In this document: positions 1 to 11,679 of the stretch, piece after piece | Numbering within the stretch: the stretch's first letter is position 1 | How the letters are laid out: the number at the start of each line of letters is the position of its first letter | Source: Epithemia pelagica | Taxonomy: Eukaryota; Protista; Bacillariophyta | Assembly (NCBI GenBank): GCA_946965045.2 | Contig: OX337237.1 | Span: forward strand, 2,666,001-2,730,000 | DNA length: 64,000 nucleotides | Direction of reading: 5' to 3' | Translations under genes and position numbers: made by a program | The notes under the pieces: generated by a model | What the model was told of the DNA's origin: nothing | The model's database searches: none | What the model saw: the letters and a program-made list of their open reading frames with translations, nothing else

Positions 1-366
1 ACCATGTTGCTTGTCTAACAAAACAACTAATTCTTCATTTGTCTTTGAAACTTGATAACCAAACTTGTACTTGATGGAACGACAGACTTGCTTGATTCTT
101 GACTGCTGTTTGGCAGCTTGAACAAGGCATTTACTGGTCTTGACAAAATGCTTGAGATGTTTCCATCCAAGTTCATTCAATAGATCATGTTTCTTGGCAT
201 AGGCATCATTTACCACGAGTGACGGAGGCTCATAGATCATCGCCCCAGTCTCCCAATCAACAAGTATATTACAGTGACTTCTTTTGTAGTCAGGATTGTT
301 GCTAATACTTGACGGTTCTTGATCTGCAACAACGTCTCTGAACTGGAAAACGTCATCTTCAGTTGC

Positions 367-2601
367 CTAAGCTTGGTTGTCCTGTTTGATGTATTCCATA
401 TGTTGACGGTATGAAATTATCTTGTCAATGTCGGAAATAGATTTGCAGAAAGTGTACTTGATATAGTCTTCTTGCTTGAGAGCATCTTGTTCTAAATCAA
501 CGATGCATCTGATAAGACATGGTTGTGGTTGCTCCCCATTATATGGTTGTCGTTGCTCCCCATTTTCCTCTGGATCATAAACAAGGAAAGGTTGTCCAAT
601 AGTGTTATCACATTTGATCATAGGCATTTGCGTGGATGGATCTTCACCTTTGCTACAAATGAAAATGGGTTTATTTGGAAGCGACTCCTCCCCTGAAGAG
701 GTATCCACACAAAGGTTGCTGGGTGGCGTGGGTGCATCATGAAGAATGGCAGAGTAACAAAGGGTTTGAGTGTCCAGAGACAAAGTATCACCAATAGGAG
801 GGGCAAAAACAAGCCAGTAGCCAAGTGTCGTGACAAAAGAGGGAGGGTAGGGACGGTAGGGACGGTGGGAGAGGGCATATGATTCGGTAAAGTAGGGGGC
901 CTTGTTCCAGATAAGGAAGAAAAGAGGGTGGGTAATGCCGGGTGGGCGACCATTGAGGATCTCAAGAGGGATATGGCCCGAAATGGTCACGACGTATGTT
1001 GTCCTCTTAACGGTCTGATAACGGTTCTCAGCCATGTTCTGATCTTGGAGGTATGATTTGGAACAGTACTCTCCAAGTATGGGTGTGAAGAAGGAAGGTG
1101 TATCCGGTCCATGATCGTAAGGTAAATCCAAGAGAAGGTTGAGGTTACAGACAACACGATTGGTATATTTCCCAAACGCATCATTTGGATTACCATCATT
1201 TTCAACAGTCCTCAAAGAAGGTGCCGTATCTTGTATGGGATCAAGATGCCAATGATTAAAGCCAGTCATGTGATTGTCGCCGGAGAAAGTAGACATGCGA
1301 GAGAGCAGATGTCGAGATGTCTGAACTTTCTGTTTACGATTGTTGTTCTTGGGACAATCATTAGGGATGGATGTTGTCTTGGTATTGGATTCCAAATTAG
1401 CAAGATTAGATGTTGGATGATTGACAACAAGATTGGTCACAACTTGAGGAACCAACCGGGTAATCAGATCAAAGAAATTATCTTGATGGTCTTGGGAATC
1501 ATCTTGAATCATGTTGTCAATCCATGCACGACCAGGGTCGGGATCAGGTTCCGGATCAATGTCAAGAGTATGCGTCTGTTCCATGCATGCAGTTGTTGAT
1601 GACGCATTCTGGGTAGACTTGTTGTACGCAATGATTACTTGACGACTATTGTCGTTGAGTTTACTCCATAGATTTCTTGGAAGACTGATCTTTGGACGAA
1701 GCGAAGATGATTCCTTGGTCTTCACGTTAGTTCTCTTAATCATGCGGTGTTTTTCTTTGGGTGATAGATCTTTGATATCAAAATCTTGATCATAGTGAAA
1801 GTCGCATTGCTTGGTATGCTTAAGTCGGTTAGACTTTGGTGCTCGAGTTGCTTGGTCATGATCATATGCGGCATCAAGGAGAAGACGGAAATATGATTGA
1901 TAACAAAGTGTCTTTGCACCAGACAAGATGTTGACTTGTCGTAAATCAGGTACCTTTTCAACGGCTTTCATCAGGAAGGTCATCCTAGTGGAGTGGCCAG
2001 GAATGTGATCAAACATTGATCCCAGATTGTCGAGAAGATGGAATTGGTGTTGAAAGTGGAGAAGAAACTGATAGGTTGTGCCGTGCCATGAATTATCGAG
2101 ACGAAGATTGGAGATGTAGTTGTTAAGACGTAGCACCTCTCTTTTTGCTAAACGAAATGACGAAATGCAACCTTGGTTCAGACGGAGCTTGGTGAAGTCT
2201 GCATTGATTCTCCAATGATCATAATTGGCCATGGTGAGGTTCAACCAGGTAGAGCGAGGTAAATCAGACTGCTGCAGGGTTGAGGTTTGTTCTCGTGACC
2301 AATGTGCTAGGATCTTCAGTTGATGCCTTGTAAATGTCTTCAGATCCATCGTCTTGTTCCCATACTTGTATTGTCCAAGGTCCTTGATATTCTTTTCTGG
2401 ATTGACTGCAAGATAGTCGATGACATTCAGAATGTGTTCGAAACCACTATGTTTTATCCATTGATGAAGGGCTTGAGCTCGTTCTTCATCACATTCAAAT
2501 AGATGCTGGGTGATATGATTGAACACTTGTGTATCTGATATGTCAGGCGGTACTGAGTCGTCAGAAGGAAGAGAAGGTGTCTTGGGGTATGTTGGATCCA
2601 T
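367..2601 (-). pseudogene. Deleted gag-pol ORF of element C (744 aa; protease and most of the integrase core removed)
   Basis: Shares LAKREVLRL, KVPDLR, LDIDPEPDPDP, VVCNLNLLLDLPYDHGPD and AENRYQTVKR with A and B. Lacks the IDRGANGG protease motif and the ATDS and SDGG integrase motifs. Bases 1-366 continue as frameshifted pol. Confidence 0.85.
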
Positions 2602-2730
2602 GGTAGTATATGGTTGGTTCGTTGTTTATTTAATGTGTGGTGTGATCTGAACCCGGATGTACCACGTGTGTGCCACGTATGTCAGTACCCGGATGTGTGT
2701 TGTGCTGGGAACCCGGATGTGCGGAACTCG
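2602..2730 (-). promoter_or_regulatory. Short version of the pre-gag leader (CACATCCGGG x3, ACGTGG x2, CACATTAAATAAAC, GAACCAACC, ACCATGG)
   Basis: Same motifs in the same order as the 285-bp leaders of A and B, ending at the gag ATG. Confidence 0.7.
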
Positions 2731-2770
2731 GTTTTGTCTCTGGTTTGTTGTGGAAACTACTTAAAGATAC

Positions 2771-3031
2771 TTATCCTTGGTCACTTCCGGACTCGTTGCG
2801 GTGATCGAGTTGAACCAGGGAGTCAGGAATAATGGTAGCTTCCTCGTCTTGCTCGTAGTCCTCAGCAAAGTACTGGTCAGGTGAGTATTGGGAAGGTAGT
2901 TGCACGAAGTCCTGGTCCAGCTTGAGGTCCTGGAATAGGAGAGGGTTGATGACCCTAGCCTTAGCCAGGCTGGCCCTGTTGTTGGGTTGGGTAGCTTTGT
3001 CCTCTAACTCTTGTTTGTTGGTGTAGCTCAA
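2771..3031 (-). pseudogene. Truncated relic of the element-specific upstream ORF1
   Basis: Lies between the PBS and the leader. Its C-terminus EDYEQDEEATIIPDSLVQLDHRNESGSDQG aligns with the ORF1-B C-terminus EDDDVEELATTVTDSASRLQYRAESDQE. Confidence 0.5.
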
Positions 3032-3091
3032 TCTGTACTCAATGTAGATGGGTAAGTATGATCTCCAATGCGACTGCAGGGCAATGAGCGA

Positions 3092-3105
3092 TGAGACTGT
3101 TAATC
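3092..3105 (-). promoter_or_regulatory. Primer binding site of element C (complementary to the tRNA-Asn anticodon arm)
   Basis: Plus strand reads TGAGACTGTTAATC directly beside the LTR end, identical to the sites in A and B. Confidence 0.75.
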
Positions 3106-3855
3106 TAGCAGAACTCTCATTGAGAATTCAGAAGGGTAATAGGTAGTTGGGGTAAAAGGCTCGCTGAGCCGACAATCGAATCACCAACCGATACAACAAT
3201 CCTCCACGGGTCAGAGAAGAGTTGCAAGTCAAAGTCCGCCATGGGTGGGGGCAGTCGGTCCACTGATAAGAGGTTAGTCTTAAGATGAGTGTTAAAATGG
3301 TGATATTAATGATTGTGAGACGATTACTAACTAAGGTGGTTGATGGTGCCGAAGTCCTGGCTCTTGTATACGGCCATGGATCTGGTGTGATAGGTCCTCA
3401 CTGGTTGGAGTAGACCGGCATTGGTGTATATTGAATGTATAGGGTGATGGATAACATGTATGGGATGCAACAGCTCTTGCTTTGTCGTGGTATAAGTCTT
3501 GTGCTGGGCGCGTTGCTGTTTGCATTCTTGGATTTGTGGGAACAGAGATATGGTCTCGCGTGATCGTGATTCGTGCTTACATAGACCGTTAGGTCGAATC
3601 GTGGATGCGCGTACTCGGATAGTCAAGGCGCGCATTCGATGGTTTTGGGCGCGCACGTGTTGGGCCATAGTTAATATCCGAGCGGTCACCGATAACACGT
3701 GCAATGCGAGCATGCCATGGCCAAATTTATAGTTTCGCGAGCATGCCGACATTCCTTTCTCACTTTTAGGAAAATGTCATCGGATGCCATAAAATACTAG
3801 CATCATTCGATGAGTTGTAGGTTTCGCCACCTAGTTTTCGGTGAGAATCCTAACA
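3106..3855 (-). repeat. 5' LTR of element C (about 750 bp, B-family)
   Basis: Reverse complement is highly similar to 54722-55482 except for the last ~45 nt. It ends in TA rather than CA. Confidence 0.88.
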
Positions 3856-4799
3856 CTCCTTTCAAGAATACACTGATAGGTGTCCTCTTACAGAACCTTC
3901 ATTTTGGGGGCGTGCTTCGGACTGAGTTCAGACAGAATGTTCCTGTCGTAGCGCTCCAGTAGGAAATCTACGTAATACGCGCCAGCCATCTTAGTTAATA
4001 TAGCCCTTATAATTATGCCTCTGTTGTGCAAAGTGCTTCCGAAACTCGACAATCTCGCGTTCCCCCAGAAAAACTTCGTTTTGTACGAGACTATCGTGCG
4101 TGGGGTGCGTCCGATGATCATGTTATTGTGGATGATGCTGATGCGTTGAACTGTTGCCCCATTGGTGATGGTCCAACAACACCCTAAGGGAGCTGGATGC
4201 AGCTCGGCAACAGTTCAACAGGTCGGGACGGCCCTCCACCATGGTCAACACACTCGACTGTTTTTTCGTAATTTTTGACGAAATCCTAGCGTTCGGAAGA
4301 AATCACACATAACACTAAAGTTAATAAAATATTTATTTCAGCCACTAGGAAGTCGCTCACCAATGACCCTCGCCAATGGTGCTGCTGCTTTTTGCCCGTC
4401 ATTCGGCGTTTCTGCCATGTCGCCGCCCGCCAAGGGGCCGTACCACAACGTTCAAGCCATTTCTAGACAACCACCATATCCACCAAACACGTACAAGATC
4501 AACAAATTTCTCAGGTACACTGGAGATTCACAATCATCTTCATGACGTTGTGTTCTGTCCAGTTGCGAATCATCAAGAGGGAATGGCGGCACTTGCGAAC
4601 CAAGATGATCTCGACCATACCAACAACGAGCTCAAATCGCTCGTCATGTCGTCGCCACCACGATTTCGTTTGGTCTTTTGCAATGGCAGCCCGACTCACG
4701 AGCTTCAAGTAGTACCCATGGGCTGGTGTTGGTTTGGCCGAGGAGCACACTACAAACATGTTCCACAACAGCACTTTTCTACGGGACAAGAAGAGACTC

Positions 4800-5156
4800 A
4801 TGCAAAGCGTTCGATACAGTACCGTTTCACAAATTGTTGAGCTTTGGGACGAGGCTCGTTTCAAGAATCCCAACACGAACAGGACTTTGCTATTCAAAAG
4901 CAAATTGAACTACATTCCAAGCTCTTTTTCAGTCAAATGGACTTCGTCATTCAAATGCTTGGCCCTGACTTAGAATTCATGGAAGGTATCCTTCAGAAGC
5001 TTGGGAAACGGCATCGGGTTATGGGAATCTGACCAGCGCACTTCCTTGCCATGGGACATTGAGCAGTCTCTGGATTGGCGACTGTCCAAGAAAGATCAAG
5101 ACTCATGGGATCGTGTTTATGAAGGTATGAGCAAATTTATGCTCAGGTGTTTGTGA
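4800..5156 (+). pseudogene. Globin pseudogene
   Basis: Three frames give globin helices: STVSQIVELWDE (A); KQIELHSKLFFSQMDFVIQMLGPDLEFMEGILQKLGKRHRVMGI*PAHFLAMG (E/F/G, with distal and proximal His); DSWDRVYEGMSKFM (H). Contains an in-frame TGA, frameshifts and deletions. Confidence 0.75.
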
Positions 5157-5589
5157 TCACGACACCTACAAAAGATGGTTTCTGCTCTCGTAGGTTCGTC
5201 GAACCCTCATGTGCGGTCATCCAAATTTTGAACTTCGTGGCCTTGTCGCCTATTACATTTCGCTAGTCTTCTGATACTCAAATATAATAACATCCACTTC
5301 TGTTGTACCTAGGCTTTCGTTGTCAAGTCTCCTATTTCTAGGAGAGGTGGCTCGTGATCATAGTTTGGCCTACCCAGTACCCAGCATACACTTCTGGGTG
5401 AATGTGCGGTAATGGCGTCCCGTATTGGGGTTGAAACACGAATTGGATCTTGGGTTGAACATTAACCGCGACCGACAAGTGTTCTCTTTCGTTCGCCCGC
5501 CAACTGGCAACACAAAAAGACACAACCAATTTGGGGTCGTTGGCCATCAGATCGGAAAAGAGAATATCGAGAATCTCTTGAGATTGACC

Positions 5590-6717
5590 ATGATGAGAAC
5601 GGCAATTTACACACTTCTTCTGTCCTGGTGCTCTTCCGCAGGGGTTTGGTTTTTGTGGTGTATCGTGGGAAGTGAAACTGTGAGAGCCTTTTCCGTACCA
5701 CAACCCTTGGTTCGATCCTCATATTCCTGGACGCGAACCATGGTGGTGAAGACAGATTTCTGGAGACTGGGTTTGTCCAGTGCGACCCTCCCGGAATCGG
5801 ATCGGACGCCGATCGCCACAACAACAACAGCAACGACTGCAACAAGTCCCCAGCAGTTGGTGGCGGCTCAAATGGATCAAGCCGTCTTTACCTTTAACAA
5901 GATGGTGATTGATACCGTGTACAACTTTATTTGTTTGGTCTATCCCATTACTGGTGCTCAACGGGATTATGCCCGATTCTATGTCTTGGAAACTGTGGCA
6001 CGGTACGTCCCGAACCACCACCATGTTCATTTGTCGTGGTTGTCTTTGTCTTGGGCACATTTCTGACGTTGGTTTCGGATGGCATCGTGTGTGTGTCGTT
6101 GCTTTGTCTGTGTGTGTGTCTGTGTGTCTTGCAGAGTCCCCTACTTTGCCTACTTGTCCGTCTTGCATCTTAAGGAAACCTTTGGCGAACGCGACTTGGG
6201 CGACAAGATGCGGACGCATTATGCCGAAGCCGACAATGAATTGCATCATTTGCTTATCATGGAAAGTTTGGGTGGGAATGCCCATTTTGTGGATCGCCTG
6301 ATTGCTCAAAGCATGGCCTTTGTCTATTATTGGTATGTCGTGGCCGTGTACATGATTTCCGAACAGGCAGCCTACCACTTGTCGGAACTCATTGAAGATC
6401 ATGCCTATGAAACCTACGATACCTTCTTGACACAACATGCCGACATGCTCAAATCCAAACCGGTACCGGAAATTGCGTACAAGTATTATGTGCAAGACAA
6501 TCCCTTCTTGTTTGATTTGTTTTGCACCGTCAAGGAACGAGATGTCCATGGGAACTTTAGCTTGCGTCGACCCAAGTTGGAGTCGCTCCATGACGTGTTT
6601 GTCAATGTTCGAGACGATGAAAAGGAACACTGGAAGACATTGTGTAACCTCGTCCAATACAATGACATGAATGCCGTCGAAAGTACCAGAGTACGGTCCA
6701 CCGAACCATCCACGTAA
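5590..6717 (+). CDS. PTOX: Plastid terminal oxidase (alternative oxidase family), 2 exons: 5590-6002, 6135-6717
   Basis: RFYVLETVAR|VPYFAYLSVLHL joined across a GT-AG intron (6003-6134). Di-iron motifs NELHHL, ELIEDHAY and DEKEH are present. The signal peptide is followed by A|FSVP. Confidence 0.9.
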
Positions 6718-6988
6718 TCTTTGTCCAGCTCCTAAAGACAAAGTCATGTCAGTTTTGTAGGTAAACGAAAAAAGTTCAAGTACAAGAACTCTGCAGGTCT
6801 CCATTTCCATGGGTGCCATGGAGATGAACTAATTCCTCGTCGTCCCCTCTACTAGCTACTAAGACCATGGTGGGTATAACGCATCTTCCTAAACATGATG
6901 TTAGCCTCTGGAGAAGCAATTTGTTCACCTTGATCGCACGTCGTGTGCGCAAAAGTCTCTCTTGTCACGGTCCCGAGACTGGTTCGTT

Positions 6989-8533
6989 TTATTTCAAGAC
7001 GACAAATTCTCGTGGTCCGGCCAAGGGTTCACTGGCCCGAAAGGTGGCATAATCGGCATAAAAGGGAAAGTCATTGGCACGATACGATTGGACAAAGAAA
7101 TTCAAAATGGTATTTCCATTGTCATCCACATCCATGGCGGCCAAGGTTTGTTGGACATCGGCATCCGTCACTTCCACCGTCTCAAGACCGGGCAATTCGC
7201 CACCCACCACGTAGACTGGTGCTCCGGCTTCCTTGGCTTGCTGGGCGACACTGCAGGCGCCCAAGTAGGCCAGTCGTTCGGCGTTGGTGACAAACTGGAG
7301 GGCTTCGGCCTTGCCCCGGGTTGTGGTGGCGGCAGCCACAGCGTTGGCCGCCGTCAACAATGCCGGATTGACGCTAATCACCGCACCCAAGACGGGTCCT
7401 CCCGCAGGATTCGTCGTGCCTTCGGGGTGTTCCTTGTTGAAGATCGAAAAGGTATAGGGAAAGCCTGTCGCATTCGCCATGGCCTTGGCGGGTTCTTCGG
7501 GTGTCTTGATTTGCTCTTGCACGACATCGGGAGGATTGAATTCTTCCACTTCCACACCGGCAAGTTGCATGGTCGTTTGATGCCAAAACTTTTGACGAAA
7601 GATTTCGTACTGTTGTGCCGAAAAAAAGGCATCCAATTTGGCGTCGTCCACGGGGGGAGCACCGGGAGGATAGTTTTCTTCCACATAGGTGCGCATGTTA
7701 ACGTCAAACATTTCCCGATCCTTTTCCATATAATTGGGGTCAAATTCCAACATTTCTTGCGAGACGGCACCCGGTCGGGTGTTGGGGTAGTACTCGGAAT
7801 ACTCTTTCAACAAACCCTTAAAGTCTTCCAAATAGGCTTCCGCATCCACATCGTCAAACCCTTCATCTCCCTTGGAAATTCCCTGAACAAGGTCCCGGAA
7901 AACTGCCTTGACGTACGCGAGTTCTTGAGGAACGGCGGTTCCCGGTTCATTCAACATGTTCTTGACCGAGAACATCATGTGATCATTTCCCGAGTGATTT
8001 CCGGCCACCACCGCCACAACCGCATGTCCCACCGCGTTGGCCAATTGAGAAACAGCCATTCCATTCACTTGCGAGGCACCGTATACGAGAACCGTACCCT
8101 TTTGTCCTTTACTGGCTTCTGTCAGGGCCCGAAAGGCGGCAGCCCCCTCGGCGGCCGGACGCAACAAAGCCAAATACTCCAAGGGAATGGCCGAGGCTGC
8201 CGGTTCCGGCAAGACACCGTACCGTCCATGAATGACCGATCCCTCCGGACTCAGCGCCACCGAATCCAAGGTCGAGACTTGGGTGGCATCCACCATATGA
8301 GCCGATGTCACGGCCGCCGTATATTCCGTCCCACGCGGTTCTTGCGTGTAGGGTGCTCCCGGAAACTGATCAATCAACCCTTGGATTTCGGCGTTGAAAT
8401 CTTCTCGGCGCGGTCGTCGCTTCACCATGACGGCACCTCCGGACATGCTTCGTACAGACGAAGCAGCAGCCGAAGAACCCATTCGAGGATGGCGAAGCTG
8501 TTGTTGCATCAAGGTATGGGCCGATCGCAACAT
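6989..8533 (-). CDS. MDR / GroES-fold NAD(P)-dependent oxidoreductase-like protein (enoyl-reductase-like), probably mitochondrial
   Basis: Rossmann-like TVLVYGASQVNGMAVSQLA and an N-terminal Arg/Ser/Ala-rich presequence. First ATG is at 8533; the ORF-track start at 8554 is TTG. Confidence 0.6.
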   Translation of the reverse strand: MLRSAHTLMQQQLRHPRMGSSAAASSVRSMSGGAVMVKRRPRREDFNAEIQGLIDQFPGAPYTQEPRGTEYTAAVTSAHMVDATQVSTLDSVALSPEGSVIHGRYGVLPEPAASAIPLEYLALLRPAAEGAAAFRALTEASKGQKGTVLVYGASQVNGMAVSQLANAVGHAVVAVVAGNHSGNDHMMFSVKNMLNEPGTAVPQELAYVKAVFRDLVQGISKGDEGFDDVDAEAYLEDFKGLLKEYSEYYPNTRPGAVSQEMLEFDPNYMEKDREMFDVNMRTYVEENYPPGAPPVDDAKLDAFFSAQQYEIFRQKFWHQTTMQLAGVEVEEFNPPDVVQEQIKTPEEPAKAMANATGFPYTFSIFNKEHPEGTTNPAGGPVLGAVISVNPALLTAANAVAAATTTRGKAEALQFVTNAERLAYLGACSVAQQAKEAGAPVYVVGGELPGLETVEVTDADVQQTLAAMDVDDNGNTILNFFVQSYRANDFPFYADYATFRASEPLAGPREFVVLK

Positions 8534-9213
8534 GATGCTATCGTTGGTCAACAAAAATCTCTACAAATCTACAAACTGCGAGTCGAAACGCCGACAAGGC
8601 CACGACGCACTCTATCGCTGGTCCGAGGATCTCTCGCTGGGACGCTCGAATGGGTGGTGTCGTTTCGTGGAGCACGGATGCACCGTTGTTGGATGGATAG
8701 TTTGGGTTGCTGCTTGTATTGACGCTGTCGCTGTCGCTGCGTTTGTTGCGTGCGTGATGTGTCGGAATCATCCGGATGTGTATCTGTCCGTCGCTCCGTC
8801 CGTCCATTTCGTAGCGCTAAGTTTTCAATGAAGGGTCTCAAACTTCAGAGTTTTAGTTTTTCTAAATCACTATCATTTAAAAACGATTGACTTTATTGGA
8901 ATGCTAAGAAGTCGATATGAATGACACCTTTTCTCACCACAGATTGGAAAGTAATTTTCAATGGCTTTTGGTAATTTTGTCGTCTTTTTCACGAAATGAA
9001 GCTCCAAAAGCAACTCTTCCCTCCATCTTCGACAAGCTTCCTTTTCTGTGAAAGGCATACCCAACAAAGTCGTATCAGACAAGGCAGTCAAGAGCAAGGA
9101 TCCTTCTCTTGGATCTGTTGACGAATATCAAACCACAATTATTTGTGTGACAGCGCTTTGGCTGTCCAAAACTTTTGTAGAACAGCGGCACAAGAAACCA
9201 ATACGACACCACA

Positions 9214-10273
9214 ATGCCCCTGGTACGAGATGTCGGTGAAGTGGGGAATCCGCAAGGTCCCGACGCGTGGTTCCAATCCTTGCCCATTATTACGAGATAT
9301 TGGTTTGGTGCGGCTGTGGTCATGACCTTGGCGGTCAATTTTCAACTTGTCCCCATCACGCAAGTCGTGTTTTGGTGGGAGGCCATTCAGACAAAGTTGG
9401 AATTGTGGCGTCTGGTGACACCCTTTTTGTTTGTCGGTCAGTTTGAATTCAATACCCTGATTGCCCTCATGTTGCTGGTCCAATTCAGTGAACGATACGA
9501 AAAAGGAGGTCCCATCAATACCGGCGCCGGAGGAGGGACGGCCGATTATTGCGTAAGTGATACGTGTGTTGTTGTTGTGGTTTGTCACACTGGAGAACAA
9601 CCTCCCTCTTTTGTCGTACCTCCGGCGCGCACCATGACTGGACTCCCTCGTCTCACACTTTTGCGTTTGGAAACGACACCTTGTCTTGGTCTCGCGTACC
9701 CTTGTTCCTGTTGTGGTTGGTTCTGTCATTTATTATTATTGGGACACACAGTTTATGCTCATGATTTTGGTGGGTCTGACCTTGGTCACGTACCCCTTGG
9801 TACTCATGGTGGCGCCTCCGCCTCCCATTTTTTCCAAGAATGTGATTTATGCCGTCTTGTACATTTGGAGCAAACGGAATCCGACGGGTCAGGCGAATAT
9901 TTGGGGCATTCCCATTGCCGCCATGTACTTGCCCTTTGCCTACTTGGCACTGACCGTCTTTATGGGCGGCGCCTATATGGATATGATTCATGGCATGGCC
10001 ACGGGACACGTCTATTACTTTTTGGCCGATGTCTTGCCCCAAGTGCAAGGACGAGACTTTTTGCAAACCCCGCAATTTTTGGTGGATTACTTTGGCATTG
10101 GAGAATATCAAGCACCAGTGGCACCACGACCACAACAGCAACCACAACAACAGCAAGCGCCACGAACGGGTGGATTGGGTGGAGGACAAGCACCCAATGC
10201 GACCGTCGGAGGAGGCGGAGGTGGTGGTGGTCACAATTGGGGTGGAGGTGGCCGAGCATTGGGACGAGAATAA
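9214..10273 (+). CDS. DER1: Derlin (Der1-like ERAD membrane protein), 2 exons: 9214-9552, 9752-10273
   Basis: SLPIITRYW, LELWRLVTPFLF, ADYC|FML across a GTAAGT...CAG intron, YIWSKRNP, YLPF, GHVYYFL and a Gly-rich tail. Confidence 0.92.
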
Positions 10274-10676
10274 TAATAACACAAATGACCCTTGTCATCG
10301 GAATCTAGAGAAGCTCGTTTGCAGTACTACCACAATCCGTGAACCTGTGGATCGCTCTTTCCACACGCACATTCATTCGACACTCGAAACCGTGTATATA
10401 GGTATTATATATGTATAGTTCTAGGTAGTAGATGACAGTACTGCTTGTTCCAACTGGGTTCTTTTTCGAATGGTAGACCTTTCACAGGGAGCCGTTTCGC
10501 CAAGCTTACCGAGCCTCTAGTTCCACAGAGGCTTGCATGATGCTTGTGTGCCATCCAACCGTTTAACGTTTGTGTGCCACTGTACTTTGGGTTTCGCGAG
10601 GCACGTTTGGTTTGCGGGTGACTTGTTTGAGGTGGTTCTGATATTCTTTTTCTTGTTGTTGTTGTTCTTGTTGTTT

Positions 10677-11618
10677 CTATCGATAATGCCATTGTCGTTC
10701 TCCGGTACCTTGTCGGCGCTTGCTTCGATCGACATTCCAGGCCTTGGCCACACTGGCTTCGTACCATTCCAATTCTCCAAAGACATAAAAGACGGTGTAA
10801 TCGGTTCGAATTTCGTCTCCCACGGCAATGTCTTGATTGGCATACATGCAGGAAAAACAAAAGTCGCGATTCTTGGGCACAAAGCGTGCCGCCAATTCCC
10901 CATCGACAATATTGGCGCGTGGTACGGATCCATTCGCATCCTCATCTTCCTCCGGATCGAGCCAGGCATGATTGACAAAACTCCCTTCGTCCAAATCCAA
11001 GACGGCCGAGTATCCACTTTCGTCATTGCCCATGACATAACTCCATTGCAAGGCATCGCAGGCCAAAAAGGTACCCAACTCCTCCTCACCACGGCCCAAT
11101 TCTTGCAAAATGGCTTGCAAAAAGGCCAACCACGACGCTTCCGTGGCAAATTCTCCCAAATACAAGGGACTCCACACCTTTTGACCTCGTTGAATGGCAG
11201 TCGTTGATACGACGCCCCGATAGTCGGTCCCGGCGACGGTTTGCACGACAAAGGGCACAACAATACCGGCCTCGTCGGCCTCGTCTTCGTCTTCAATTTC
11301 CGCCATGTCGTCGTCATATTCCTCATAGACGCGACGATAAATGTCGCGCAACTGTCGAAAGGTGTCGGCCGTATACGTGGGACGATACGCACTCGTTTCC
11401 GTTGCCAAGCAATTGGTAATGTTGGAAGCGGTCAAGCCGTACTTGGTGTCGTTGTCACATGTGCCCGTTTCGGCATGGCACGTTCCTTCGTCGTCGGCCA
11501 TGGCGGTCGTCGTAGGTTCCTCCTGGGCAGCATCGTCTCCCCGACCATACGAACCACTCCCCACCACTACCAGCCACAAGAGGACCAGCCACTGTGGGAC
11601 ATTCGACCAACGTTCCAT
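10677..11618 (-). CDS. SET-domain protein with N-terminal signal peptide / TM segment
   Basis: Hydrophobic LVLLWLVVV N-terminus. SET motifs RGVVSTTAIQRGQKV, LDEGSFVNHA and ANQDIAVGDEIRTDY. Confidence 0.8.
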   Translation of the reverse strand: MERWSNVPQWLVLLWLVVVGSGSYGRGDDAAQEEPTTTAMADDEGTCHAETGTCDNDTKYGLTASNITNCLATETSAYRPTYTADTFRQLRDIYRRVYEEYDDDMAEIEDEDEADEAGIVVPFVVQTVAGTDYRGVVSTTAIQRGQKVWSPLYLGEFATEASWLAFLQAILQELGRGEEELGTFLACDALQWSYVMGNDESGYSAVLDLDEGSFVNHAWLDPEEDEDANGSVPRANIVDGELAARFVPKNRDFCFSCMYANQDIAVGDEIRTDYTVFYVFGELEWYEASVAKAWNVDRSKRRQGTGERQWHYR

Positions 11619-11625
11619 GATGAAT

Positions 11626-11627
<2 letters not shown>

Positions 11628-11659
<32 letters not shown>

Positions 11660-11679
11660 GGATGATGATGATGATGATG
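11628..11679. repeat. (AG)n followed by (GAT)n microsatellite
   Basis: About 30 bp of AG repeat, then about six GAT units, immediately upstream of the SET gene ATG. Confidence 0.95.

Larger units (their letters stand above)
1..3855 (-). mobile_element. Element C: degenerate, internally deleted CoDi-type Ty1/copia LTR retrotransposon (3' part runs off the window start)
   Basis: 5' LTR starts TGTTAGGATTCTCACC on minus at 3855, the same start as the element B LTR. It is followed by the PBS GATTAACAGTCTCA, leader motifs, and gag/integrase homology to elements A and B down to base 1. Confidence 0.92.

Noticed and set aside
3856-4121. Purine run GAAAGGAG before LTR C suggesting it is also the 3' LTR of a tandem element
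   Set aside because: The upstream sequence shows no RNase H or pol homology; treated as flanking DNA.
6962-8722. 586-aa plus-strand ORF, and similar long antisense ORFs at 5719-6819, 12596-14107, 39184-39729 and 41157-41807
   Set aside because: Shadow frames exactly opposite real genes with strong codon bias; no recognisable motifs.
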